A stretch of DNA of 64,000 bases from Antechinus flavipes (GCF_016432865.1 NC_067403.1:262570001-262634000); one strand, 5' to 3'; shown: positions 30,505 to 43,540, counted from the first letter of the stretch. Made by a program: numbers and translations. Notes: a model not told the origin generated them from the letters alone.

Positions 30505-32930
30505 GGGTGGGGGAAAGGAGGGAGAGAGGCTTTTATTAAGTGTCTGCTGTGTGCCAGAAACAGTGTGGGGGAAAGGAGGGAGAGAGGCTTTTATTAAGTG
30601 TCTGCTGTGTGCCAGAAACAGTGTGGGGGAAAGGAGGGAGAGAGGCTTTTATTAAGTGTCTACTGTGTGCCAGAGACAGTGTGGGGGAAAGGAGGGAGAG
30701 AGGCTTTTATTAAGTGTCTGCTGTGTGCCAGAAACAGTGGGGGGAAAGGAGGGAGAGAGGCTTTTATTAAGTGTCTGCTGTGTGCCAGAAACAGTGTGGG
30801 GGAAAGGAGGGAGAGAGGCTTTTATTAAGTGTCTGCTGTGTGCCAGAAACAGTGTGGGGGAAAGGAGGGAGAGAGGCTTTTATTAAGTGTCTACTGTGTG
30901 CCAGAAACAGTGTGGGGGAAAGGAGGGAGAGAGGCTTTTATTAAGTGTCTGCTGTGTGCCAGAAACAGTGTGGGGGAAAGGAGGAGAGAGGCTTTTATTA
31001 AGTGTCTGCTGTGTGCCAGAAACAGTGTGGGGGAAAGGAGGGAGAGAGGCTTTTATTAAGTGTCTACTGTGTGCCAGAAACAGTGTGGGGGAAAGGAGGG
31101 AGAGAGGCTTTTATTAAGTGTCTGCTGTGTGCCAGAAACAGTGTGGGGGAAAGGAGGGAGAGAGGCTTTTATTAAGTGTCTGCTGTGTGCCAGAAACAGT
31201 GTGGGGGAAAGGAGGGAGAGAGGCTTTTATTAAGTGTCTACTGTGTGCCAGAGACAGTGTGGGGGAAAGGAGGGAGAGAGGCTTTTATTAAGTGTCTGCT
31301 GTGTGCCAGAAACAGTGTGGGGGAAAGGAGGGAGAGAGGCTTTTATTAAGTGTCTGCTGTGTGCCAGAAACAGTGTGGGGGAAAGGAGGGAGAGAGGCTT
31401 TTATTAAGTGTCTGCTGTGTGCCAGAAACAGTGTGGGGGAAAGGAGGGAGAGAGGCTTTTATTAAGTGTCTACTGTGTGCCAGAAACAGGGTGGGGGAAA
31501 GGAGGGAGAGAGGCTTTTATTAAGTGTCTGCTGTGTGCCAGAAACAGTGTGGGGGAAAGGAGGGAGAGAGGCTTTTATTAAGTGTCTGCTGTGTGCCAGA
31601 AACAGTGTGGGGGAAAGGAGGGAGAGAGGCTTTTATTAAGTGTCTACTGTGTGCCAGAGACAGTGTGGGGGAAAGGAGGAGAGAGGCTTTTATTAAGTGT
31701 CTGCTGTGTGCCAGAAACAGTGTGGGGGAAAGGAGGGAGAGAGGCTTTTATTAAGTGTCTGCTGTGTGCCAGAAACAGTGTGGGGGAAAGGAGGGAGAGA
31801 GGCTTTTATTAAGTGTCTGCTGTGTGCCAGAAACAGTGTGGGGGAAAGGAGGGAGAGAGGCTTTTATTAAGTGTCTACTGTGTGCCAGAAACAGTGTGGG
31901 GGAAAGGAGGGAGAGAGGCTTTTATTAAGTGTCTGCTGTGTGCCAGAAACAGTGTGGGGGAAAGGAGGGAGAGAGGCTTTTATTAAGTGTCTGCTGTGTG
32001 CCAGAAACAGTGTGGGGGAAAGGAGGGAGAGAGGCTTTTATTAAGTGTCTACTGTGTGCCAGAAACAGTGTGGGGGAAAGGAGGGAGAGAGGCTTTTATT
32101 AAGTGTCTGCTGTGTGCCAGAAACAGTGTGGGGGAAAGGAGGGAGAGAGGCTTTTATTAAGTGTCTGCTGTGTGCCAGAAACAGTGTGGGGGAAAGGAGG
32201 GAGAGAGGCTTTTATTAAGTGTCTACTGTGTGCCAGAGACAGTGTGGGGGAAAGGAGGGAGAGAGGCTTTTATTAAGTGTCTGCTGTGTGCCAGAAACAG
32301 TGTGGGGGAAAGGAGGAGAGAGGCTTTTATTAAGTGTCTGCTGTGTGCCAGAAACAGTGTGGGGGAAAGGAGGGAGAGAGGCTTTTATTAAGTGTCTGCT
32401 GTGTGCCAGAAACAGTGTGGGGGAAAGGAGGGAGAGAGGCTTTTATTAAGTGTCTACTGTGTGCCAGAAACAGTGTGGGGGAAAGGAGGGAGAGAGGCTT
32501 TTATTAAGTGTCTGCTGTGTGCCAGAAACAGTGTGGGGGAAAGGAGGGAGAGAGGCTTTTATTAAGTGTCTGCTGTGTGCCAGAAACAGTGTGGGGGAAA
32601 GGAGGGAGAGAGGCTTTTATTAAGTGTCTACTGTGTGCCAGAAACAGTGTGGGGGAAAGGAGGGAGAGAGGCTTTTATTAAGTGTCTGCTGTGTGCCAGA
32701 AACAGTGTGGGGGAAAGGAGGGAGAGAGGCTTTTATTAAGTGTCTGCTGTGTGCCAGAAACAGTGTGGGGGGAAAGGAGGGAGAGCTTTTATTAAGTGTC
32801 TGCTGTGTGCCAGAAACAGTGTCGGGGGAAAGGAGGGAGAGCTTTTATTAAGTGTCTGCTGTGTGCCAGAAACAGTGTGGGGGAAAGGAGGGAGAGAGGC
32901 TTTTATTAAGTGTCTACTGTGTACCAGGCA
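30505..32930. repeat. 58-bp VNTR, about 42 near-identical copies (gggaaaggagggagagaggcttttattaagtgtctgctgtgtgccagaaacagtgtgg)
   Basis: Direct reading. It ends in an L2-type tail (tgtgtaccaggcacagcgct). Confidence 0.97.
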
Positions 32931-33291
32931 CAGCGCTGGCTGCCACACAGATGATGGCAACCTGGAGATGGTGGGCGCTACTAGGATTATTCTTACAGTT
33001 GAGGAAGCGGACAGGCAGCGATGAAGTGGCCTGCCCGAGGTCACTCAGCCAGGGCGTCCTGAGGCTGGAGTTCAGCTCGTCCCCCTGATTTTGTGCCCTG
33101 AGCTGCCTCTGGGGAAGCCTGGAAGCCAGGTCCTGGCAGGGCTCCTTCTTGGGGCTCCAGCCCCCCCCAGGGACCCCTTTACCCGCCCCTCAAACTGAAA
33201 TGGGGGTGCTGAGGCTGGTCAAGGTCACCACTCATCCCTGGTGCTGGGGAATGGCTCCCTTCGAAGCTCCCCACCCCCACCCCCGCCACCG

Positions 33292-33297
33292 AATAAA
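33292..33297 (+). terminator. Probable polyA signal of the cN-I-like gene
   Basis: First plus-strand AATAAA after the stop that I could find, with a T/GT-rich element about 35 nt downstream. Confidence 0.45.
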
Positions 33298-33988
33298 GGA
33301 CAAGCTGGTGAGACTGGGGACTCAGCAATCCCTTTTGTCTGGGGGAGGCGAGGGGGAGGGGGCCGGGCTCCTCAGAGCTGCAGGGAAGCAAATGGAGCCG
33401 CAGCGGCTCCCACTCTGGCCCGGTGCCCAAGCAGCAGCAGAACCAAGCCCGAGTGGTCCCTTGGGGAGGGAGGTGGAGGCCGACCCCCGGCCTCCATCCT
33501 GACCTCCGAGGCTCGAGCCCTTGCTGCCTCCCCCTCCCCAAGGCGACCAGACCACCCCGAGTCCTCCACTTGGGCCTATTTGGGAACCAGCACTCGAGGC
33601 TGCTCCTCCCCTCAGCCTCTTTGAGGGCAAAGTCTGGGTGCAGGGACTGCCTCCGGAGGATGGGCCTCCGTGAGACCGCCATCGCCAGGCAGTGTTAGCT
33701 GCCACTTTTCTCGGCTCCCGGTTAAGTTTCCCTGTCGCGTTTTAACCTGGTCTGGCCCCTTGTGGGGACCCGGCCTTTGGTTGAGCAGCCACGTCCCCCC
33801 CTCCGGGACCCATTCGGGTTTTCCTGACAGATCCCGGCGGGGCTTTGCCATCTCCTTCTCCGGATCCATTTCCAGAGGAGGAAACTGGGGCAAACAGGGT
33901 GAAGTGACTGGCCCAGGATCACACAGGCCACTTTCCGAGATTGTGTGGGCGTCTTCTGGACTCCAGAACCGGATCTCTGTGAACTGTG

Positions 33989-34002
33989 GCGCCACCTGGC
34001 GG
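33989..34002 (-). promoter_or_regulatory. CTCF motif CCGCCAGGTGGCGC
   Basis: Consensus match. Confidence 0.6.
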
Positions 34003-35617
34003 CCAGACCTAGAATTCCTCCCTCCCCAGATCAAATTTGTTGAGTTCCTGCTGTGTGCCAGGATCTGGAGACGGAAAGGAGGTCCCTGCCCTGGGAGAAT
34101 TTACGACCGGGGGAGGGGGAAGGGGGAGTGCCAGCGTGCAAACAAATCTGTACCGAGCGGGGCCAGACAGGAGAGAGGAGGTCACGGAGGGAGGGCTGGC
34201 TGGGGAAGACTGGGGGGGGGGGGATTTGCATTCGCAGGTCAGCGGAGCGGCAAGAGGATGGGAGAAAGGCGTCAGGAAATCGTCTCTGCCGGCTGCCCCC
34301 CTCTCCAAATGCCCCCACTCAGCCGCTCCTGCTCTCCCCTCCATCCTGTGACCCGCTCCGGTCACCTCTGTGGCTCCCGGCCACGCTCATCCTCATTGCC
34401 CGTGGCCTCTCGTGGAGCCTCCAGCTCGGGAGCACCTCCATCTTGCCAGCCACCCCTGGCCACCAGGGCTCCCCAGCCCCCTCCTTCGCACACTCCTCCT
34501 TGGTGACCTCCTTCCCTGCCCCACGGGGCCCTCGTCGGGGCTCAGCCTTAGGCCCGTCCTCTGCCTCCTGCCGGCCTCCGGACCGGGCCGGTCCTTGAGG
34601 GGATGCTCCTGCCCCTCTCAGAGCCAGAAGGCCCGGCCGTCCCATTCTTCACTTCCCTCCCACCCATCGGGCAAAGTCGGTTCATCCTCCGGGGCCTCCA
34701 CTCCCAAAGGCACCTCCCCACTATTGCAACCCCCTCCAACCGGTCTTCAGCCTCCAATCTGTCATCGCTCAAAGGCGGGTCCCGGGAGGCCGGCTTGCGC
34801 CATCCTGATAATGGACGGATGAGGGCCGTCAGAACCTTGACTCGGCACTCCTCACCTCGGGGGCCTCGCCCAGTGCCGGGACACAGATTTTTAAAAAGCT
34901 TTCCCCCTCGTGGGCCTGCGGGAGCGCCCAGACCTCCAGGAGGTGTGTGTAGGGGGCGGGGTAACCTGGGGTCCCCGAGGGAGGTTTGCAAAAGGCCTTT
35001 TCCAACTTGCCATCTGATTGGTTCCCAGTGTGAGGCTGCCAGTCTGGTTCATTTAAGAGCCTCGTTCAAGGCCAGGCAAAGGCCCGGGGCTTAGGGAGAC
35101 AAAAGGCCCAGCTCGGGGTTCTGGAAATCTCCCACTCACGCCCTCTCCGCCCACTCACACCTGCCTGCCCCCTCCGCCCTCTCCGCCGCCGCCTCCCCCA
35201 GATAAGATCAAACTGGAGCAGCAGGAAGAGGGGAGACGCCCCAGACCCTCCCGAGTCAGCCCTGTCGGAACCCCCTCCCCCTCCCCTCCGCCGCAGGGAC
35301 CGCTCCCCGCCACCGGGAGGAGCTGCTGCTGAGTGACGAGCCGGCTTCCCGCCTCAGGGATCATCGGGCTAAGCTGCTTAAAGCTTCGGGACATAGGGGC
35401 CCGGGGACCCCGCCCGGCGGCGCACCCCGGCTCCCCGGGGACTGCCGGGACCCCAACACCCCGCTTCCTCAAGGACGGAGGGCAGACCTTTAGTAATGGG
35501 CGCAGGCACTGGTTTGGGGAAGTCTGACTGAGTAGTCCTGAAGTCTCTCTCTGGGAGGAACCAGGGACTTGAGACCAACGTAATCTCCTAATAGAGTACC
35601 CTTGTGTTGTAATCTAG

Positions 35618-35631
35618 GCGCTAGGGGGCGC
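35618..35631 (+). promoter_or_regulatory. CTCF motif GCGCTAGGGGGCGC
   Basis: Near-consensus match. Confidence 0.55.
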
Positions 35632-35775
35632 CACGAGGCACGTTTGTGCTTGGGATCAGAAAGACTCGTGGTCCTGAGTACGAATCCAGCCTCAGACACT
35701 TCTTACCTGTGTGGCACTGGGCAAGTCACTTCTTCCCGCTAACCTCAGTTTCCCTATCTGTAACTTAGTGAATGC

Positions 35776-35778
35776 TTT

Positions 35779-35822
<44 letters not shown>
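35776..35822. repeat. (TTTC)n microsatellite at the L1 tail
   Basis: Direct reading. Confidence 0.9.
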
Positions 35823-38800
35823 TTTTATAATTATAACTTTTTGTTGACAGAACCCATACTAGGGTAATTTTTACAGCATTATCCATTGCACTCGTTTCTG
35901 TTCCGATTTTTCCCCTCCACCCCCTCCCCCAGATGGCAAGCAGTCCTTTACATGTTGAATAGGTTACAGTATATCCTAGATACAATCTATGTGTGCAGAA
36001 CCGAACAGTTCTCTTGTTGCACAGGGAGAATTGGATTCAAAAGGTATAAATAACCTGGAAGAAAAACAAAAATGCAAGCAGTTTATATTCATCTCCCAGT
36101 GTTCTTTCTCTGGGTGTAGCTGCTTCTGTCCATCTTTGATCAATTAAGGCTCTCTTTACCGAAGAGATCCACTTCCATCAGAATACGTCCTCAAACAGTA
36201 TCGTTGGTGAGATATATAACGATCTCCCGGTTCTGCTCCCTTCCCTCAGCATCAGTTCCTGTCAGTCTCTCCAGCCTCTCTGGATTCCTCCTGCTGGTCG
36301 TTCCTTACAGAACAATAATATTCCATAACATTCATATACCACAATTTACTCAACCATTCTCCAATTGATGGGCATCCATTCATTTTCCAGCTTCTAGCCA
36401 CTACAAACAGGGCTGCCACAAACATTTTGGCACATACAGGTCCCTTTCCCTTCTTTAGTATCTCTTTGGGATATAAGCCCAATAGAAACAGTGCTGGATC
36501 AAAGGGTATGCACAGTTTGATAACTTTTGGGGCATAATTCCAGATTGTTCTCCAGAATGGTTGGATTCGTTCACAACTTAACCAACAATGCACCAGCGTC
36601 CCAGTTTTCCCACATCCCCTCCAACATTCATCATTATTTTTTCCTGTCATCTTAGCCAATCTGACAGGTGTGTAGTGGTATCTCAGAGTTGTCTTAATTT
36701 GCATTTCTCTGATCAATAGTGATTTGGAACACTCTTTCATATGAGTGGAAATAATTTCAATCTCATCATCTGAAAATTGTTCATATCCTTTGACCATTTA
36801 TCAATTGGAGAATGGCTTGATTTCTTAAAAATTAGAGTCAATTCTCTATATATTTTGGAAATGAGGCCTTTATCAGAACCTTTAACTGTGAAGATGTTTT
36901 CCCAGTTTGTGGCTTCCCTTCAAATCTTGTTTGCATTAGTTTTGTTTGTACAAAGGCTTTTTAATTTGATGTAATCAAAATTTTCTATTTTGTGATCAGT
37001 AATGGTCTCTAGTTCATCTTTGGTCACAAATTTCTTTCCCCTCCACAAGTCTGAGAGATAAACTATCCTATGTTCCTCTAATTTATTTTTAATCTCGTTC
37101 TTTATGCTTAAATCATGGATCCATTTTGATCTTATCTTGGTATATGGTGTTAAGTGTGAGTCAATGCCTAATTTCTGCCATACAAATTTCCAGTTATCCC
37201 AGCAGTTTTTGTCAAATAATGAATTCTTATCCCAATAGTTAGGAACTTTGGGTTTGTCAGACACTAGATTGTTATAGTTGACTTGTGAACCTAACCTATT
37301 CCACTGATCAATTAATCTATTTCTTAGCCAATACCACATGGTTTTGGTGACTGCTGCTTTATAATATAGTTTTAGATCAGGCACAGCTAGGCCGCCTTCA
37401 TTTGATTTTTTTTCATTAATTCCCTTGAGATTCTCAACCTTTTGTTCTTCCATATGAATTTTGTTGTTATTTTTTCTAGATCATTAAAATATTTTCTTGG
37501 AAGTCTGATTGGTATAGCACTAAATAAATAGATTAGTTTAGGGAGTATTGTCATCTTTATTATATTCACTCAGCCTATCCAAGAGCATTTTATATTTTCC
37601 AATTATTTAAATCTGACTTTATTTGTGTGCAAAGTTTTTTGTAATTTTGCTCATATAATGCCTAACTTTCCTTTGGTAGATAGATCCCCAAATATTTTAT
37701 GCTATCGACAGTAATTTTGAATGGAATTTCTCTTTGTATCTCTTGCTGTTGGATTTTGTTGGTGATGTATAAAAATGCTGAGGATTTATGGGGATTTATT
37801 TTGTATCCTGCAACTTTGCTAAAGTTATGAACTATTTCTAATAGCTTTTTAATAGAATCTCTGGGGTTCTCTAAGTATATCATCATATCATCTGCAAAGA
37901 GTGATAGTTTGGTTTCCTCATTGCCTATTCTAATTCCTTTAATCTCTCTGCTTATTGCAAGGCTAGCGTTTCTAATACAATATTGAATAATAAGGTGATA
38001 GTGGGCAACCTTGCTTCACTCCAGATCTTACTGGGAAAGGTTCCTGTTTTTCCCCATTGAATATGATGCTTATTGACGGTTTCAAACATATGCTCATGAC
38101 TATTTTAAGGAAAAGTCCATTTATTCCTATACTCTCAAGGGTTTTTATTAGGAACGGATGTTGGATTTTATCAGATGTTTTTTCTGCATCTATTGAGATG
38201 ATCATATGGCTTTTGTTAGTGTGGTTATTGATATAGTCAATTATGCTAATAGTTTTCCTAATATTGAACCAGCCCTGCATTCCTGGTATAAATCCTACTT
38301 GGTCATAGTGTATTATCCTGGGGATGATTTTCTGTAATCTTTTTGCTAATGTTTTATTTAAGATTTTAGCATCAATATTCATTAGGGAGATTGGTCTATA
38401 ATTTTCTTTCTCTGTTTTCAGCCTACCTAGTCTAGGTATCAGTACCATGTCTGTGTCATAAAAGGAATTTACTACGACTCCTTCATTCCCTATTTTTTCA
38501 AATAGTTTATATAGCATTGGAGTTAATTGTTTTTTAAATGTTTGGTAGAATTCACATGTAAATCCATTTTGTCCTGGGGATTTTTTCTTAGGGAGTTGGT
38601 TAATAGCTTGTTCTATTTCTTTTTCTAAAATGGGACTGTTTAGTCTATTTACTTCTTCCTCTGTTAATCTGGGCAAGCTATATTTTTGAAGGTATTCTTC
38701 CATTTCATATAAGTTGTCGAATTTATTGGCATAAAGTTGGGCAAAGTAACTCCTAATTATTGCTCTAATTTCCTCTTCATTAGTGGCAAGTTCTCCCTTT

Positions 38801-40660
38801 TCGTTTTTAAGACTAACAATTTGATTTTCCTCTTTCAAATCAGATTTCAACTCTTAGTTTTATTAATTAATTCAATAGTTTTTTACTTTCAATTTTATTG
38901 ATCTCTCCTTTTATTTTTAGAATTTCAAGTTTAGTGTTTGACTGGGGGGTTTTAATTTGTTCCTTTTCTAGCATTTTTAGTTGCAAGTCCAATTCACTGA
39001 CCTTCTCTTCCTCTATTTTATGCAAGTAGGCCTCTAGAGATATGAAATTTCCTCTTACTACTACTTTGGCTGCATCCCACACATTATGGTATGACATCTC
39101 ATTATTTTCATTTTCTTGGGTGAAGTTATTAATTATGTCGATGATTTGCTGTTTCACCCAATCATTCTTTAGTATGAGATTATTTAGTTTCCAATTATTT
39201 TTTGGTCTATTTTCCCCTGGCTTATTGTTAAATGTAATTTTCATTGCATCGTGGTCTGAAAAGGATGCATTTACTATTTCTGCCTTACTGCATTTGAATT
39301 TGAGGTTTTTACATCCTAATATATGGTCAATTTTTGTATAGATTCTATGAACTGCCTAGAAGAAAGTGTACTCCTTTCTGTCTCCATTTAGTTTTCTCCA
39401 GAGATCTACCATATCTAACTTTTCTAGTATTCTATTTACCTTTTTGACTTCTTTCTTATTTATTTTGTGATTTGATTTATCTAAATCTGAGAGTGCAAGG
39501 TTGAGATCTCCCACTATTATAGTTTTGCTGTCTATTTCTTCTTGCAGCTCTCTTAATTTCTCTTTTAAGAATTTAGATGCTACATCACTTGGTACATATG
39601 TGTTTAATATTGATATTGCTTCATTATCTATGCTTCCCTTTAGCAAGATATAGTGCCCTTCCTTATCTCTTTTAATTAGATCAATTTTTGCTTTTGCTTG
39701 ATCTGAGATCAAGATGGCTACCCCTGGTTTTTTGACTTCACCTGAAGCATAGTAGATTCTGTTCCAATCTTTTATCTTTACTCTGTATGTAGTTCCCTGA
39801 TTCAGGTATGTTTCCTGTAAACAATATATTGTAGGATTCTGGCTTTTAATCCATTCTGCTAACCGCTTCCTCTTTATGGGGGAGTTTACCCCCATGTCAA
39901 TAAATTAACATTTATTGTTAAAATTACCAATTCTATATTACTTGCCATCTTGTTAACCCCTGTTTATGCTTTTCTCTCTTCCTTACCCCTTATCCCCCTC
40001 CCCAGTATTAAACTTGTGAGCACCACTTGCTAGTCACAGCCCTCCCTTTTTAGTATCCCTCCTCCTCCCCTCCCCCTTAGAGTTCCTCCTCCTGTCTTAC
40101 TCCTTTTCCTCAAAGTTTCTGTATTCCCTTCCCTTTTCACTTTTTCCTTCCCACTTTTCAGTGAGGGAGAAAGTTTACCATAAATTGAATTTGTCTAAAA
40201 TTTTTCTCTTTAAGCCAATTCTGATGGCAGTAAAATACCCACTATATTCATCCCCCTCCATTCTTTCTCTCAGATATAATAGGTTTCCTTTGCCTCTTCA
40301 TGAGATGTGGTACCCCCACTTTACCCTTTTTCTGGTACAATTTCCTTTCCACCTTTGGTTTCTAGAACAAGGTATACATGTATTCTTTAAATATAGAAAT
40401 ATACTTCCCAAGATTTCTTTTTGCCTTTTTAGGTTTCTCTTGAGTTCTATATTTATAGATCAAACTTTTTGCTAAGTTCTGTTTTTTTCATCAAAAATAG
40501 ATGAAATTTGCTTATTTTGTTGAATGTCCATCTTCTTCCTTGGAAAAAGATGCTCATTCTAGCTGGGTAAGTTATTTTTGGTTGCATACCGAGTTCCTTA
40601 GCCTTTCGGAATATCATATTCCAGGCCTTTCGATCATTTAATGTGGACACTGCTAGATCA
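35823..40660 (-). mobile_element. Large L1, truncated within ORF1: ORF1 C-terminus, ORF2 endonuclease and RT, 3'UTR; disrupted
   Basis: Fragmented ORFs with GVNSPIKRKRL (endonuclease), [14 protein letters not shown] and [10 protein letters not shown] (RT), and KITYPARMS (ORF1). Multiple stops and frameshifts. Confidence 0.95.
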
Positions 40661-42044
40661 GTAGACACCAACTCCTCTTCCTCTAAAGAAGATGAGAGCT
40701 GAAGCAAAAGGAGAGCTGGGAGGAGGCAGTCTTTGGCTAGGAGGCAGTCCTCCCCCAGGACGTTGGGGGTGAGCTGTAGGCCATTCCCTGCTCCAAGGGG
40801 CCAGCCAAGCTGGGTTCATGGTGGGGGGGGAAGGTAGGGGAGACCGGGGGTGCTGGAGAGCCCCACTTCCATCTTCTCAAAAGGAGCCATGGGTCTCCAC
40901 CCCCCATGGGAGGGTTCAGGAGCAGGAAGTGGGGGGACGATCAGCCTGGGAGACCCACAAGGAGCTGGGAGGGGAAGGAGGTTCCAGCAGGACCGTGGAG
41001 CTATCCCAGCAAAGGGCCTGGACCTGGGAGGGTCCCCCCAAAGAGCAGCCTCTGGGACCCCATTTTGGCAGGAGGCGAACTAGGAGCCTGAGAGGACCAG
41101 GGCCTCCATCTCTGTCAGAGTGGGACCCTTCCTACTAATTCCATCCATCAGACAGCCCAGAAAACCGCAAGGGCAGCTTCCGTTTGGAGCCTCTGACCCC
41201 AGGAGGAGTAAGGGTAGGAGCCCCAGTTCTGGGCCGAGGCTTGGAGGCTCTGGAGCTTCTGCCCAGCCGGGAGGGGACTGGCTACAGCTCAGCCACAGCT
41301 TTGCATCCTGGGGCCCAGGCCTTGGAGCCCAAACACGAACGAAGAGCCGGTTCTGGAGGAGCTGCCGTTCTCCGATTCACTCTGGGCACTGGGGAAAGGT
41401 GGGGGGGGGCGCCCTGCCGGCGATTGGTACAAAGGGAAGGCTTCCTGGAGGAGGCAGGACTTGCAGGGCGACCTTCGAGGCCACAGGGATGGCCCCGTTC
41501 ATGTGGCCCCAGGAGGGGCAGCGCCGAGAGACCGACGCCCAATGGGTGCCAAGGGAGGGGGAGGGGCTGGGCAGATACCCCTCTGGAGAATGGGGAGCCC
41601 TTGCTGGCTTGTGACAAGGGGCCAGCAGCTCAGGAAGGTGCCCCTGGTGGCTGGGGGGAGTCTGAGGCCAGAGACTGAGGGAGTGGAAGCTGACCTTGGG
41701 GGGTGGGTGCGGAGGCCGAGATTCTGCCCCGTTGGCTCCCGGGGCGTGGGAAGGGGATGAGCTGCCCATGAGTCAGAGGTTAGAGCGGGTGCTGCCCTGG
41801 GGACGTGTGCAAGAGGATTTGGCTTGGCAGGGAGGACAATGGGACCCATGCACACCATGCAGGCAGACTGGGAGGACACATGCAGGTCATGCGTGCTACA
41901 TGGATGTTGGCTCCATGACCTGATATGTCAGTGCTTCTTTGGGGGAAGAGAAGGAGCACTTGGCTAAGTGACTTGTCCAGGGTCACCCAGCTGCTAAGTG
42001 TCTGGGGTCTTCCCGACTGCTGCCTGGGTGCTTTGTCCCCCACA

Positions 42045-42058
42045 GCGCCATCTGGCGG
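42045..42058 (-). promoter_or_regulatory. CTCF motif CCGCCAGATGGCGC
   Basis: Consensus match. Confidence 0.6.
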
Positions 42059-43275
42059 CCAGCCCTCCTACTTTGGCTCCTTTCTCCAGGCTTTCCTATT
42101 TCTCCTGATTTCTTGGGCTTTGCCCCTCCCCTCACCCCCCTCCACTGCTTGCCCCACCAAAGGCCCGGCTGCTCTGGGGCTGGGGGCAGCTTTTGCCTTT
42201 CCTATTTCTGGGACTTCCACTGTTCCCGGCAGACCGAAGACTTCCACTCTGGAAGGGTCCAGTTAGAGGCCAGCAGAGCCTCCAATGGCCGCGTGGGGAC
42301 GAGCCGCCTCTCCGTGCTCCTTGGGTTCCCTCTCCCCCTCCCCCCAGGAGTCATGCTTGGGGCTCCTTCCCAGGCTTTTTGTGGCCATGTCAGCTATGGG
42401 GGGGGGGGGCAGGCAATGAACTAGAAGGAAAGCTACCCCTTCAGGGGAAGAACGGGCCTGCATACAGCAGGTGCTTAATAAATGTTTATAGGTCACTGGC
42501 TGGGGTGCTGGGGGGAGGTTGCTGGGTGAAAGGGCACGGGGATCAGCATGGCTGGCACTCCAGGGGAGGTTGTCCTGAGATAGCGCTGCCTGGGGAGTCC
42601 TCTGGGACCAGCGGGAGGCAGGGAGCTCTTCGGGCACGAGCCCTGAAGGTTTGCTCAGACTTAACTATCACCCTGAGCCCCACCCCAGCCTAAATGGTCC
42701 CTCCCACTTTGCCAGTGCCCTCGGCTGGTGGGCAGAGGGGCTCTTGCGGGAATCAGGAGGATCCGAGTCTGGACTCACTCACTGCAGAGCCCTTCATGAA
42801 TCCCTGAACATTATGGACCTCAGTTTCTTTGGCTGTAAAATGGGGGTGATCATAGCTTCTGCCGCCCAGGGAGATGATATCTAGGAAGCGCTCAGCCCAG
42901 TGTCTGGCTCTCACTTGGCACTCCATAGTGCTCAAGCCCTCCTCCCCAGCTGTCTTGCACAGGCCCACTTTCTGTCTCAGGCTCCACAATCTCTTTTTAT
43001 ACATGTCCTGTGATCTCCTTCCCCCCCATCGGAAGCCTGTGGGGGTGGGGCTCACCCCCCTGCAGGCTCGGACACTTTCAGGGGCCCCACTCTTCCAGAC
43101 CCCCTCGGGGCTTTCCTGGCACAGACACTGGGGGGCGTTGCCTTTTCTCCTCACTTGGCAGATGAGGAAACAGAGGCAGGCAGACCAGAGACTTGGCCAG
43201 CATCCTGTAGCTCAGGTGTCTGGGGACACATTTGAATCCACTCCTCCATACTCAGCCTGGGCTTTCTGCACTATG

Positions 43276-43289
43276 GCGCCACCTAGCTG
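43276..43289 (-). promoter_or_regulatory. CTCF motif CAGCTAGGTGGCGC
   Basis: Near-consensus match. Confidence 0.45.
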
Positions 43290-43369
43290 CCCTAGGGCTG
43301 GCACACAGTAAGCGCTTAATAATTGCTTTTGTTTGATTGTGAACCTGTACAGAAGTCTTGCTCATCAGT

Positions 43370-43540
43370 AGCTGGAAGACTGGGCCGGGCTGAGGACGCC
43401 TGTCCTGGAGAAGCAGATTTGGGAGCTCGGGCTCCTTCAAGGCTCTGAAGGGCTGGGGGGCTTGTGCAGGGGTGGGAAGTCGCAGGAGGAGGCCTCCTCC
43501 CCGGAGGTGCTCAAAGGCCGGAGGAATGGCTGCCGGGTCA
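43370..43540 (+). mobile_element. CR1/L3 fossil fragment
   Basis: cctggagaagcaga...tccttcaaggctctgaagggctg...ggaggtgctcaaagg resembles the L3 3' ORF region. Confidence 0.4.

Noticed and set aside
30505-32930. Regular array superficially like a CRISPR locus, with repeated 76-aa ORFs
   Set aside because: There are no unique spacers and no cas genes, and the context is eukaryotic. It is a head-to-tail VNTR.
36252-40707. L1 ORF fragments as a potentially active element
   Set aside because: It is 5'-truncated, lacks a promoter and most of ORF1, and has many stops and frameshifts.
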